Shown: positions 28,492 through 38,308 of the stretch, piece after piece
How positions within the stretch are numbered: position 1 is the stretch's first letter
Layout of the letters: each line of letters starts with the position of its first letter
Assembly: GCA_965198225.1 (NCBI GenBank)
Contig: CBDAOY010000009.1
Location: forward strand, 512,001 to 576,000
Length of the DNA: 64,000 bases
Direction: 5' to 3'
From: Terriglobia bacterium
Lineage (GTDB): Bacteria > Acidobacteriota > Terriglobia > 20CM-2-55-15
The notes under the pieces: model-generated
Databases searched by the model: none
Seen by the model: only the letters and a program-made list of their open reading frames with translations
What the model was told of the DNA's origin: nothing
Program-made: the position numbers and the translations under genes

Positions 28492-29586
28492 ATGTGGGTA
28501 CGAATCATCGCCATCGTTCTGATCCTGTTCATGGCCAGCCCTGAGCTGTGGGCGAACTCGCGTATCAAGGACATCAGCCACATCGCCGGCATACGGGGAA
28601 ACTCGCTGATCGGCTACGGCCTGGTCATCGGGCTCAACGCCACCGGCGACGAAAGCGAGTTCACGAACCAGACGCTGATCAACATGCTGGAGCGCTTCGG
28701 GTTGACCGTGAACAACCCCTCCATCAGAGTCGAGAACATCGCTGCCGTCATGGTGACGGCGAACCTCCCGGTCTTTGCACGGCCGGGCTCCGAGATCGAT
28801 GTCACGGTCTCGTCGATCGGCGACGCGAGCAGCCTCCAGGGAGGCATCCTCCTGCAGACGCCGTTGCTGGGGCCGGACGGGAACATCTACGCCATGTCCC
28901 AGGGTCCGCTGGTTCTGGGCGGCTTCTCGGCGGGCAACGATTCGACCGGTGTGAGTGTCAATCACCCGACAGTCGGGCGGATTCCAAACGGCGCAACCGT
29001 CGAGCGACCTGTTACGGCCGGCATGCCGGAAGTGGTGCAGACTTTGGAATTAGTCCTTGATAGGGCGGACTTTACGAACGCAAGCCGGGTGACCGAGGCG
29101 CTGAATGTGGCCTTTGGCGGAACAATTGCACAACCAATAGATTCCCGCTCGGTTCGGCTCATGGTCCCGGCCGATTACCAGCGGAGGCCGATCGAGTTCA
29201 TCGCGGCGGTTGAAGCCGTCTCGGTCGAAATCGACACGCGGGCCCGGGTCGTGGTGAATGAGAGGACCGGGACGGTCGTTATCGGCGGCCACGTCAGAAT
29301 CGCTCCGGTTTCGATCTCGCACGGAAACCTCAGCATTCAGATTGAGACTCAGTTTGAAGTCTCTCAGCCACAAGGGTTTTCGCAGGGTCAGACCACGGTC
29401 GTGCCGCAGCAGCAAGTGACCGCAGTTGAAGATGAAAGCGGTTTCGTAACGATCGGAAACGGAGCGACTGTCGACGACCTGATCAGCGCGCTCAACTCGA
29501 TGGGGGTGACACCCCGGGATACGATCGCGATTCTGGAAGCGCTCAAGGCAGCCGGCGCGTTGCAGGCGGACTTAGAGATCATTTAG
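28492..29586 (+). CDS. flgI: P-ring protein FlgI
   Basis: RIKDI....G.R.N.L.GYGLV.GL, AAVMVTA.LP, SLQGG.LL.TPL, VVVNERTGTVV, AGALQA.L.II. Confidence 0.97.
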   Translation: MWVRIIAIVLILFMASPELWANSRIKDISHIAGIRGNSLIGYGLVIGLNATGDESEFTNQTLINMLERFGLTVNNPSIRVENIAAVMVTANLPVFARPGSEIDVTVSSIGDASSLQGGILLQTPLLGPDGNIYAMSQGPLVLGGFSAGNDSTGVSVNHPTVGRIPNGATVERPVTAGMPEVVQTLELVLDRADFTNASRVTEALNVAFGGTIAQPIDSRSVRLMVPADYQRRPIEFIAAVEAVSVEIDTRARVVVNERTGTVVIGGHVRIAPVSISHGNLSIQIETQFEVSQPQGFSQGQTTVVPQQQVTAVEDESGFVTIGNGATVDDLISALNSMGVTPRDTIAILEALKAAGALQADLEII

Positions 29587-29633
29587 TTGCCGGTAGTCAG
29601 TTGAAGACACCGACCAGCAGAGCTTAAGAAACA

Positions 29634-30266
29634 ATGGACATAAGCCAAATACGGAGCTTGATGCAGTCGGGCGACCTGGCCCCGAAAGAGGTGGCGAAGC
29701 AGGTCGAGGCCATGTTCATGGAGTTTCTTCTCAAGAGCATGGAAGACAGCGTCAAGGCCGAGGATGGCCTCTTCGGCGGGTCTGCCAGCTCGGACATCTA
29801 CCGTGGCATGTTGCGCCAGGAACTGGCGGTGGCCATGTCGGACAACCTTGATAGCCCGTTGCAGCAGCAGATCGAGCAGGCAATTCGCGACCGATCCACG
29901 CCGCCCTCGGCTAGTGACACGGAGGATGCCCTGCCCGTCAGCGGCACGGTTTCGTCTCCCATGGGCTGGCGGCGTGACCCGATCACCGGGGAGGTGCGTT
30001 ACCACCGGGGAACCGACATCGCGGCTCCCAACGGCACTCCGATCCAGGCGGTCGCCTCGGGCCGGGTTGTGGAGAGCGGACCGAAGGGCGGCTATGGTAA
30101 CGCGGTTGTCGTCGAATCGGACGACGGACGTAAGAGGTTGTATGCGCACAATTTATCCAACAATGTCAAAGTTGGTGATCGCGTTCAAAAGGGCGAGGTC
30201 ATCGGATTGGTCGGTTCAACGGGCCGATCCACGGGGCCGCATGTCCACTTCGAGGTGATGGAATGA
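29634..30266 (+). CDS. flgJ: FlgJ-like rod-binding domain fused to an M23 peptidase
   Basis: VAKQVEAMF..FLLKSM...LFG....D.Y..ML.QE.A, then HRGTDIAA, YGN, YAHN, STGPHVHFEV. Confidence 0.85.
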   Translation: MDISQIRSLMQSGDLAPKEVAKQVEAMFMEFLLKSMEDSVKAEDGLFGGSASSDIYRGMLRQELAVAMSDNLDSPLQQQIEQAIRDRSTPPSASDTEDALPVSGTVSSPMGWRRDPITGEVRYHRGTDIAAPNGTPIQAVASGRVVESGPKGGYGNAVVVESDDGRKRLYAHNLSNNVKVGDRVQKGEVIGLVGSTGRSTGPHVHFEVME

Positions 30267-30299
30267 TTTCTTACCACGAGATTTTCCCCCTCGTTTCGC

Positions 30300-30327
30300 T
30301 AAAGACTTCTGGCGCTTCTGCCGATGA
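30300..30327 (+). promoter_or_regulatory. Sigma28 promoter of flgM-flgN-flgKL-fliW
   Basis: TAAA-N16-GCCGATGA. Confidence 0.8.
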
Positions 30328-30469
30328 GATACGTAGCGGCAGATACTGCCAGGGTGACGGGCAGGAAGCCCGAAACCCAGAAACGCTTCCACGGAAGGTG
30401 AACCGGCGTCGCTCGAGACGCACGGTCAGCCAAGGGCCGAGGCTGTAATTCATCGGTCAGGAGCTTGTT

Positions 30470-30781
30470 ATGAGTATTGATCGAATCAACGTTAACAACC
30501 ACGGTATCGACAACCACCGTTCGATCGATCGAGGGCAGGAAGCACGCAACAACGATCGGGCCCGAAAGGGCGGGCGAGACGGGTCCAGCCCATCAGGGGA
30601 TTCCGTCGCGCTGTCGTCGACAGCCAAAGAGGTCGGACGGCTTTCGAAACTGGCGAGCGAAGGGGCCGATAGAGCATCCCGTATCGCCGAGGTTCGACAG
30701 GCCATTGATGAAGGTGCCTACAAGGTATCAGGCGAGGACATCGCCAATAAGATGATCCAGGCCCATACGAAGAGTGGCTAG
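30470..30781 (+). CDS. flgM: Anti-sigma28 factor FlgM
   Basis: DSVALS...R.SRIAEVRQAI.EG.YKV....IA.KM. Confidence 0.93.
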   Translation: MSIDRINVNNHGIDNHRSIDRGQEARNNDRARKGGRDGSSPSGDSVALSSTAKEVGRLSKLASEGADRASRIAEVRQAIDEGAYKVSGEDIANKMIQAHTKSG

Positions 30782-30785
30782 GGAT

Positions 30786-30945
30786 CAGTGACAAGTGACA
30801 AGTGGTGAGTGACGAGTAAGAAGAATGACTCATCACCTTGTCGCTTTAGTGAGACGCAACGAGACGAAACAGTGAGGGTGGCCGGATACCCGGTGACAGT
30901 TACGAGCAACTGAACTCGTCACTTGTCACTCGTCACTCATCACTT
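30786..30945. repeat. Inverted heptamer tracts (AGTGACA / TGTCACT)
   Basis: AGTGACAAGTGACAAGTGGTGAGTGACGAG ... CTCGTCACTTGTCACTCGTCACTCATCACT. Confidence 0.75.
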
Positions 30946-30959
30946 CTGAGAGAACCGAG

Positions 30960-31298
30960 ATGAGCCAAACATCCGCTCCCCCATTGGGGAACGTGCTTCT
31001 CGAACAGCTGTACGAGCTGGAAGCAGCCAAGCACGGTGCACTGCAGAACTTCGATGCAGATGCATACGAGAACTCTTCCGCGGAACAGGCCCGGCTGGTT
31101 TCCGCCGCGGGCAGACCGCCCGCGAATGAAGTTTCCCGTGATCTGGTTGTTGCCATGGCGAAGCTGTCACGCCTCAATTCCGCTCTTCTCCTGAACCTGA
31201 TCTCGATCTCCCCCCATTTTGCGCTTGCGCAACAAGGCTACACGGCCGATGGGGACATCGAAGAATCAACCCGCAACCGGGTAATCCTGAAGGGATAG
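30960..31298 (+). CDS. FlgN-like export chaperone (divergent)
   Basis: Helical protein between flgM and flgK, with LN..LL and a C-terminal Y.ADG motif. Confidence 0.6.
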   Translation: MSQTSAPPLGNVLLEQLYELEAAKHGALQNFDADAYENSSAEQARLVSAAGRPPANEVSRDLVVAMAKLSRLNSALLLNLISISPHFALAQQGYTADGDIEESTRNRVILKG

Positions 31299-31301
31299 GA
31301 A

Positions 31302-32681
31302 ATGGCAGGCCTCACCTCCATCCTTCATTCCGCGCTGCGTTCGATGGAAACCGCGGCGACGACGCTCGCCGTCGCCTCGAACAACATCTCGAATGAAAAA
31401 ACTCCGGGCTATGCCAAGCAGCGCCTTATCGTGCAGCCCGCGGGGAGCCCGGGGGAGGGCCGGATTCTCACCGGCAGCGGTGTGGAGGCCGTGGGCATCG
31501 AAACAGTCCGGGACAAGTTGCTGGAGGGCCGGCTCCTGCACGAGGTCTCGAACAAGGCCGGCGATGACGTGTCCTACAGCGCGCTGCAGAACCTCGAAGT
31601 ACTGTTCAATGACGCCGCCGAAACCGGCATGTTGCCCTCGCTGACAGACTACTTCAACTCGTTCCATACTCTTGCGGTGGATCCGACTTCGATCAACTAT
31701 CGCGAACAGGTCCGGATCGCGGGCGAGGATCTGGCCGCAGATTTCAAGAAGCGCGGCGACGAACTGCGACGGGTCCAGACCCTGGCCGACAAGCAGATCG
31801 TCGACGACATCAACGAGATCAACTCACTGGGGGAGCGCATCGGTCTGGTATCAAAGGAAATCCGGATCCAGGAGGGCGGTGGGCAGACTGCCAACGACCT
31901 GCGGGATCGGCGAAACGTGCTGATCAAAGAGCTCGCGGAGTATATCAACGTCCAGGAGATCAATAGCCCGAACAGCTTCCAGCTCAGCATCGGAAACGCC
32001 ATGCTGGCCTACGACTCCACCATCTCTACCGTTACGGCCGACACTTCCGGTACGGGCGGTTTCGTGGCGGCCAAGATCGGCCCGGTGGATGTCGGCAAAG
32101 CCGCGACCGCGGGAACGATATTTGCCCGCCAGGAGATTCGGGACAAGTACATTCCCGATTACCTGAACAAGCTGGACCAGCTTGCATACGATGTCGCTCA
32201 GCAGGTCAACGTGATTCATTCCGTCGGCTACGACCGCAGCGGCAACACCGGTGTCAACTTCTTCGACCCGTTGGCCTCCTCCGCGGATGCGGCCCGGCTG
32301 ATCAAAGTGAACTCGGCGATCACGGCGGACTTGACCAAGATCGCGACCGCCAAGCAGTCGGCCGGAAACGACAATGAAGCGACGACCGACATCGGGAATC
32401 TGCTTCACAAGAAGGTCTTTACCGGCGGATCTGTAATCGATCAGTACCGAGCCCTTGTCTTCACTCTCGGTAACGACACGAGCCGGGCCGAGGACCAGCT
32501 GAACGAGCACACCGCGCTGCTGCACCAACTCGAGAATAGGTGGGATTCGATTTCGGCCGTGTCGGTCGACGAAGAGACGATGAAGATCCTGCAGTTCCAG
32601 CGCTCCTACCAGGCGTCGGCGACGGTGATCCGCATCGTCGATGAACTGCTGCAGACGATAATGAGTCTTGGAGCGAGATGA
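31302..32681 (+). CDS. flgK: Hook-associated protein FlgK
   Basis: SNNISN..TPGY.KQ, G.GV, NDLRD.R, S.VS.DEE...L.FQ.SYQA.A. Confidence 0.95.
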   Translation: MAGLTSILHSALRSMETAATTLAVASNNISNEKTPGYAKQRLIVQPAGSPGEGRILTGSGVEAVGIETVRDKLLEGRLLHEVSNKAGDDVSYSALQNLEVLFNDAAETGMLPSLTDYFNSFHTLAVDPTSINYREQVRIAGEDLAADFKKRGDELRRVQTLADKQIVDDINEINSLGERIGLVSKEIRIQEGGGQTANDLRDRRNVLIKELAEYINVQEINSPNSFQLSIGNAMLAYDSTISTVTADTSGTGGFVAAKIGPVDVGKAATAGTIFARQEIRDKYIPDYLNKLDQLAYDVAQQVNVIHSVGYDRSGNTGVNFFDPLASSADAARLIKVNSAITADLTKIATAKQSAGNDNEATTDIGNLLHKKVFTGGSVIDQYRALVFTLGNDTSRAEDQLNEHTALLHQLENRWDSISAVSVDEETMKILQFQRSYQASATVIRIVDELLQTIMSLGAR

Positions 32682-33559
32682 GGGTTACCGAATCCATGGC
32701 CCTGCGTGACTTCATACGCGACATCTCGGGTGCCCGCGACGCGATGCTCGACGCTCAGAACAGGGTCTCGTCGGGCCGCAGAATTCACAGGCCGTCGGAT
32801 GACCCGAAGGACATGTCCGACATCGTGCGCCTGCACGCCGACAAGATCGAAGAGGAGCAGTACAAGCGCAACCTGGAGTTCGGTCGTTCGCGATTGGAGT
32901 TCACCGATACCGCTCTGGAAGGCCTTCAGAACATGGTCGAGCGGGTGCGGTTCCTGGCGTTGTCAGCAATCGGCAGCTCGTCGACGGGGGACAACTTCAG
33001 CACGGAAGTTGAGGGTTTGCGGGACCAGATTCTCGGAACCGTCAACACCGCGTTCCAGGGTCGGTTCATCTTCGGCGGTAGTGTCACCGACAAGATTCCG
33101 TTCGATAAGGACGCGGTAACCAGCGTCGTGACCTACAAAGGAAACTCTGATGACGTAAAGCTCCAGGTAGGGCGCGCGTCGAAGCTCGAGACACAGATCG
33201 CCGGCGATGATCTCTTCGGTACCGGCAATGACGTGTTCAAGGCGATCAGCGACCTGGCGACCGCCATGAAGTCGGGCGTCAAAAGCGACATCGACGCAAA
33301 GCTGAAGCCGGTCGTGAGCGCCTGGGAAGGCCTTTCGGTGAGTCGAAGCCGTGTAGGAAACTTCATTAACGTTGCAGATTCGATTTCCAATGAAATGGGC
33401 GCGCTTTCTCTCGCCCGCGAGACGAACCTGGTGGACCTGGAGTCGGCCGATCTCACCGAGACGCTGACGGAATTCCAGTCTTACCAATCGGCTCTACAAT
33501 CCACCCTGGCCGTCGGAGCCAGGATTTCGCAGCTATCGCTGCTTGACTATCTGAGGTAG
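32678..33559 (+). CDS. flgL: Hook-associated protein FlgL
   Basis: MRVT, SSG.RI.RPSDDP, GRFIFGG, I.QLSLLDYLR. Confidence 0.95.
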   Translation: MRVTESMALRDFIRDISGARDAMLDAQNRVSSGRRIHRPSDDPKDMSDIVRLHADKIEEEQYKRNLEFGRSRLEFTDTALEGLQNMVERVRFLALSAIGSSSTGDNFSTEVEGLRDQILGTVNTAFQGRFIFGGSVTDKIPFDKDAVTSVVTYKGNSDDVKLQVGRASKLETQIAGDDLFGTGNDVFKAISDLATAMKSGVKSDIDAKLKPVVSAWEGLSVSRSRVGNFINVADSISNEMGALSLARETNLVDLESADLTETLTEFQSYQSALQSTLAVGARISQLSLLDYLR

Positions 33560-33565
33560 GAAACC

Positions 33566-33994
33566 ATGAAAGTAGTTGAGTCTCTTGACCGTAGTAGCCA
33601 GTCGGATGTTCAGGGTCAGGAAACCATCATCCACTTCGAAGAGGGGTTGATTGGTTTTTCAGACTTTAAGAACTTTAACCTGTTGGAAAACAACTACCTG
33701 GCGCCGTTCCGGCTGCTCCGGGCCGTCAATTCTTCCGAGGTCGGATTCCTGGTCATCGATCCTTCGACGCGGATTCCGGACTACTGCCAGTTGATACCCG
33801 CGAGGGAATGGGAATCGATCGGCGTGACCAACCCGGCCGACCGCCTGGCCTTCGTGACGGTTGTTCTGGGTCCGACAGCCGAGGAGAGCACCGGTAATTT
33901 CCAGGCGCCCCTGCTGATCAACCACAACGAGATGATCGGGAAGCAGGTGATTCTGACTGACTCCGGTTTCTCGGTTCGGCAGCCGTTGCTGTAG
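33566..33994 (+). CDS. fliW: Flagellar assembly factor FliW
   Basis: IIHF.EGLIGF, F.VIDP, T.N..APLLIN....GKQVIL. Confidence 0.92.
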   Translation: MKVVESLDRSSQSDVQGQETIIHFEEGLIGFSDFKNFNLLENNYLAPFRLLRAVNSSEVGFLVIDPSTRIPDYCQLIPAREWESIGVTNPADRLAFVTVVLGPTAEESTGNFQAPLLINHNEMIGKQVILTDSGFSVRQPLL

Positions 33995-34154
33995 TGTTGC
34001 GCCTCCTCGGGCTGATGTACCCCGAGAAGCGCAACACTCGGTGCGGTTGGCAAGATTTGCTTTGCTACCCGACGGCCTTTCGGATTATCATCTCGCGAGT
34101 TGCTAACCGAGCAGCGCTGGGAAGGCGTTGCTGGTGCTGGGTTACAGAACAAGG

Positions 34155-34409
34155 ATGCTCGTTGTCACTCGCAAAAAGGATGAACGGCTAATCATCGGGA
34201 ACGAGATTGAAATCCAGGTTCTCAGAATTGGTCGCGACAATGTCCGCCTTGGCATCAAGGCGCCGGCGCACATCTCTATCTACCGGTACGAGATCTACGA
34301 AGCGATCAAGAACGAGAACGTGTCCGCGGTAGAATCCCAGATTCCCGACAAGGATATGCTCGAGAAGATCGCAAAAGATCTTAACCCCGAACCGAAGCCC
34401 GAAGGCTAG
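34155..34409 (+). CDS. csrA: Carbon storage regulator CsrA
   Basis: MLVVTRKKDERLIIGNEIEIQVL.....VRLGIKAP....IYRYEIY. Confidence 0.95.
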   Translation: MLVVTRKKDERLIIGNEIEIQVLRIGRDNVRLGIKAPAHISIYRYEIYEAIKNENVSAVESQIPDKDMLEKIAKDLNPEPKPEG

Positions 34410-34559
34410 TCCTTCCCTCACGGTCATCCGACCGATTGTTCGTCAAATCCCCTTGAAACGATCCACCGGCTTGGTGCGTCCATTCCCGCAGGCTGGGACA
34501 AACAGGCTCAATAAATTGTTGAGCGCAAACGGCGGTCGGACCGGGGTCGCGGGCAGTTC

Positions 34560-37058
34560 TTATTCGTAGCGGAGCGCCTGCATCGGGTCGACCCGGGAAG
34601 CCCGAAGTGCTGGGACGAAGCCCGCGCCCAGTGCGACCATCGCGAGCAGGACAGCGGCCCCCGCCAGGACCGTGAGATCGGTTCCCTCCAGTTCGAAGAG
34701 CATCGACTGTGCCAGACGGGCCAGGCCGAATGCCAATGCCAGGCCGATCGCTCCGCCGATCAGAGTCATCAGGCCGACCTGACGGAGGACCGTTCCGCGA
34801 ACCCGGCCGGGCCCGGCGCCGAGCGCCATTCGGACGCCTATTTCCCGTGTTCGCTGGGACACGGTGTAGGCGAGGACACCGTAGAGCCCAACGGCCGCCA
34901 GAACGGTCGCCAGCCCGGCGAAGGCCGACGACAGAACGCCGATGATGCGGTCGACGATGATATTGTCCCGGACCTGCTGTTCCATCGTACGCAGGTCTTC
35001 GACCGGAAGGTTCGAGTCCAGTTTGGCCACGACCGGCCGGATGGCCGGCAGCGTGGATTCCGGATCGAGTGAGCTTCGGACGTAGAAATAGATCGATCCG
35101 ATCGAATCGTCCTGGCGATAGGGCAGGAAGAACAGAGGCGGGATCTCGGCTTTTACCTCGCTGTACTTTGCGTTCCGTGCCAGTCCGACGATCTCGATGT
35201 CGAGTTCGTCGCCTTCCCCGACCCTCATCCGTTTCCCCACTGCCTCGCGTCCAAGTTCGAATTTCTGCGCGAAGCGTTCATTGACGACAACGACTTTCGG
35301 AGCGTCCCCGGCGTCGGAGGGAGTGAATTCCCGGCCCGATATGAGTGGGACCCCCAGGGTCTCGAAGTAGTCCGGGCCCACCTGGCTGTATCGTGAGCCC
35401 GTATCGGTGTCCGGCCCTGCCTCGAAGCCCTGGACTCCGACGCTGCTGCCCCAGTTGCTCCCCGCGAGCAGAGGCACCCTTGATGCGGTTACTCCTGTTA
35501 CGCCGGGTATGGCCGAAAGCTCTGCCTCCAGCCGCTCGAACAGGGCGAGAGATTGTTCAGGCGTGTAGGAATTCAACTCAGGCGAGATCCCGAACGTGAC
35601 CAGGTTGCTGGCATTCAACCCCAGATCCACGCGGCTGACATTGAACAGGCTCTTGATGAACAGCCCGGCAGATATGAGAAGTGTCATCGAAAGCGCGATC
35701 TGGGCTGTGGCCAATGCGCTGCGGAATCGAGCGGCGCCCCGGGCTCCGGACGGCTGGCCGGCTTGCCCTTTGAGAGTCGAGAGCACATCCGGCCGCGAGC
35801 TTTCGAGGGCCGGAAACAGGCCAAAGAGGATCCCGGTCCCTAGCGTCAACGCCACGGCGAAAGCCAGCGCCGTAGGATCGAGGACGAATGCGATCGAGTT
35901 CGCCTCTTCGGGCGGCAGCAGGGATATGATCAGATCGAGCGTCCAGCGGGCCACCAGAAGGCCCGCCAGCCCGCCGAACGCGGCCAGCAGGCACGACTCG
36001 ATGAGCAACTGGGTGACGAGCTGGGGCCGGCTGGCCCCGATCGACAGGCGCACCGCCATCTCGCCCGACCGTGCAGCGGAGCGCGCCAGCAGGAGGTTGG
36101 CGACGTTCGCACACGCGATGAGGAGCACAAAAATAGTTACTCCCAACAGGAGAAGCAACGGTGCTCGCGCGTCGCCGTGGAACGAGCTCTGGCCTCGTCG
36201 TCGCGATTCAAGCCGGATCTCTCTGGCCCTGAACCGCTCCATGGTCTGTTCGCTCATGCCACCCTGGAGAGGCGCTTCCACGTCGTTGATGATGCCGCTG
36301 TAGATCACGTTTGTCGCCGTATGCGCCTGCTCGATCGAAACGCCTGGCTGAAGACGCGCAAAGAGGTAGGCCCAGTAGTTGCGCCGGTTGTCGAAAGCGT
36401 CGAACCCCGGCTGCATGAGAGCACGCATCGTGATAGGGACGAAGACCTGGGGCTTGGAGGCCATCGTCGTCCCATCGAATCCCTGCGGTGCGACGCCGAT
36501 GACGGTCATCGGCTGACCATTGACGATTAGCGTCGCTCCCACGGCGGTGGAACTCGCTTCGAATCGGTCGCGCCAGTAGGCATGGCTCAGGACGACCACC
36601 GCCGATTCACCGACGCTCGCGTCGTCCAGTGGCGAGATCAGCCGGCCCAGGGCCGGCGTCAGACCAAGAACCGGGAAGTATCCGCCCGAAACCAGCAGGC
36701 CGCGGCCGCTCATCGTCTGTCCGCGGTGAGCGAGATTTGCCCCGAATGACCGATGCGCCGCGATTTCGGAAAATACCGACTGGTCCAGTTCCTGAAGGTC
36801 GCGAAACATCGGGTAGCTGAAGACAGCGTCGCAGCCTCCCGCGTTGTTACACGACTGGGAGCCGGGCTTCGGCCCCGGCGCCGCGAGGTTTACCAGATCC
36901 TCCGGCGCTTCGACGGGTAGGGAGCGGATGATTATCTGGTTGAAGAGCGAAAAAATGGCCACGTTGGCCCCGATTCCCAGGGCGAGCGATGCGATAGCCA
37001 CGCCGGTCACGGAGGGAACCTGCAACAAGGTCCTGAACGCGTGTCGAAGTCTGATCAC
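34560..37058 (-). CDS. ABC transporter permease, ADOP (acidobacterial duplicated orphan permease)/MacB-FtsX family
   Basis: LALGIGAN.AIFS, VLLIACANVANLLLAR...R..E.AVR..IGA.R, REIGVRMALGA, RVDPMQALRYE. Confidence 0.92.
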   Translation of the reverse strand: MIRLRHAFRTLLQVPSVTGVAIASLALGIGANVAIFSLFNQIIIRSLPVEAPEDLVNLAAPGPKPGSQSCNNAGGCDAVFSYPMFRDLQELDQSVFSEIAAHRSFGANLAHRGQTMSGRGLLVSGGYFPVLGLTPALGRLISPLDDASVGESAVVVLSHAYWRDRFEASSTAVGATLIVNGQPMTVIGVAPQGFDGTTMASKPQVFVPITMRALMQPGFDAFDNRRNYWAYLFARLQPGVSIEQAHTATNVIYSGIINDVEAPLQGGMSEQTMERFRAREIRLESRRRGQSSFHGDARAPLLLLLGVTIFVLLIACANVANLLLARSAARSGEMAVRLSIGASRPQLVTQLLIESCLLAAFGGLAGLLVARWTLDLIISLLPPEEANSIAFVLDPTALAFAVALTLGTGILFGLFPALESSRPDVLSTLKGQAGQPSGARGAARFRSALATAQIALSMTLLISAGLFIKSLFNVSRVDLGLNASNLVTFGISPELNSYTPEQSLALFERLEAELSAIPGVTGVTASRVPLLAGSNWGSSVGVQGFEAGPDTDTGSRYSQVGPDYFETLGVPLISGREFTPSDAGDAPKVVVVNERFAQKFELGREAVGKRMRVGEGDELDIEIVGLARNAKYSEVKAEIPPLFFLPYRQDDSIGSIYFYVRSSLDPESTLPAIRPVVAKLDSNLPVEDLRTMEQQVRDNIIVDRIIGVLSSAFAGLATVLAAVGLYGVLAYTVSQRTREIGVRMALGAGPGRVRGTVLRQVGLMTLIGGAIGLALAFGLARLAQSMLFELEGTDLTVLAGAAVLLAMVALGAGFVPALRASRVDPMQALRYE

Positions 37059-37229
37059 TGATCACCTCGCCGGGTATTGTTGCGGTCGTCGAGCTTCCAG
37101 CCCAGAACCTGCCGCTCGAACCCGGTTGCTCGGCGCCTGATTCTAACGCTGATCGCTGATAAGTACGATTGCAGTGTCGAAAATGTTCTTTGGAGGGTCA
37201 AGCAGCCACGGGCTGCTTGTCAAAGAGAA

Positions 37230-37263
37230 GAGGGCTCGGCCTGTGCCGAGCCCTCTCTTTTTT
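37230..37263. terminator. Hairpin terminator downstream of flagellin 1 (possibly bidirectional)
   Basis: GAGGGCTCGGC-CTGT-GCCGAGCCCTC stem flanked by A-rich and T-rich tracts. Confidence 0.7.
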
Positions 37264-37356
37264 GGGTCAGTGTCCGAATACCGCGTGGGGGGGGGGGGCG
37301 AGCTTGCTTTTTCGGGCCAGGGACGGTAGTCGCCCCCCCCTGTTGAGATTCTGTTA

Positions 37357-38184
37357 TTACCGCAGCAGCTGGAGCACGGACTGCGAAGACTGGTTCGCCT
37401 GCGACAGTGCGGCCAAACCGCTCTGTGTCAGGATGTTGAACTTCGTCAACGAAGCCGCTTCCTCGGCGATGTTGGCGTCACGGATCCGAGATTCGGAAGC
37501 CCGCACGCTGACCGACATCGTCTGAGCCTGCGAGATGGCGAACGTCAGCCGGTTCATCGCCGCACCGATCCGACCCTGCACCGTACCAAGAGTACCGATG
37601 GCGGTCTGGATGGAAGTGACCGCGGTGTTGGCATTGGCCTGGTTGGTGATGTTCTGGGTGCTGATGCCCAGTCCCTGAGCATCGACAGCCGTCGTCAGCG
37701 CGAAAGAGACGTAGGTGACACTGGCGGAAGTACTCGTCTGCGTGTTGCCGACGAAGACCGACCGCGCGTTCAGGTTGGCGTTACTGGTCTCGATCCCGGC
37801 CGCCTGGGCGTTTCGGGTGATTTCCGAAAGCACCGACTGGAACTCGGAATCCAGGGTCGCCCGGGAACCGGTGAAGGTGTCCGAGGACGCCTGGCTGGCT
37901 AGAGTCAGGGCCCGATCGAGCAGCGACGCGATGTTGCTCACCGCGCCGTCTTCGATCTGGAGCTTGCTGACGGCGTCATTGGCGCTGCGGATACCGATGG
38001 TCAGACCGGTGTTGTCCAGCTTGTGCCGGTTGGCCACGGCGAGACCGGCGGCGTCGTCGGCCGCGCTGTTGATGCGCAGTCCCGAGGTCAGTCGCGACAG
38101 TGTCCGCTGCAGACCCATCTGGGTTTGGTCCAGCGTCGCCTGGGCGTTGATCGAGGAAAGGTTCGTTACAACTGAAAAGCTCAT
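37357..38184 (-). CDS. fliC: Flagellin (copy 1, 275 aa)
   Basis: MSFSVVTN...RL.SGLRINSAADDAAGLA...SRIRDA..AEE...NIL.Q.G..AL.QANQ....VLQLLR; GGAGG RBS. Confidence 0.97.
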   Translation of the reverse strand: MSFSVVTNLSSINAQATLDQTQMGLQRTLSRLTSGLRINSAADDAAGLAVANRHKLDNTGLTIGIRSANDAVSKLQIEDGAVSNIASLLDRALTLASQASSDTFTGSRATLDSEFQSVLSEITRNAQAAGIETSNANLNARSVFVGNTQTSTSASVTYVSFALTTAVDAQGLGISTQNITNQANANTAVTSIQTAIGTLGTVQGRIGAAMNRLTFAISQAQTMSVSVRASESRIRDANIAEEAASLTKFNILTQSGLAALSQANQSSQSVLQLLR

Positions 38185-38280
38185 TAATCTAATCCTCCGT
38201 GAAATGTGGGGCCGGACCATCCTTGGCCGGCGTTCGTCCCTGAAATTACCAAACCGGGCCATCCAAGCCAGGTATCTTTG

Positions 38281-38308
38281 CTATCGGGCTTCCGTTCCGC
38301 GACCTTTA
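38281..38308 (-). promoter_or_regulatory. Sigma28 promoter of flagellin 1
   Basis: TAAA-N16-CCCGATAG. Confidence 0.8.

Noticed and set aside
30335-30469. c-di-GMP-I riboswitch in the flgM leader
   Set aside because: The GGCAAA..GAAA..GACGCAAA core is not recognisable; an Rfam scan would settle it.
34048-34066. TGGCAAGATTTGCT as a sigma54 promoter for csrA
   Set aside because: GG-to-GC spacing is not 10 nt; TTGCTA-N18-TATCAT (34062-34091) is a better sigma70-type candidate.
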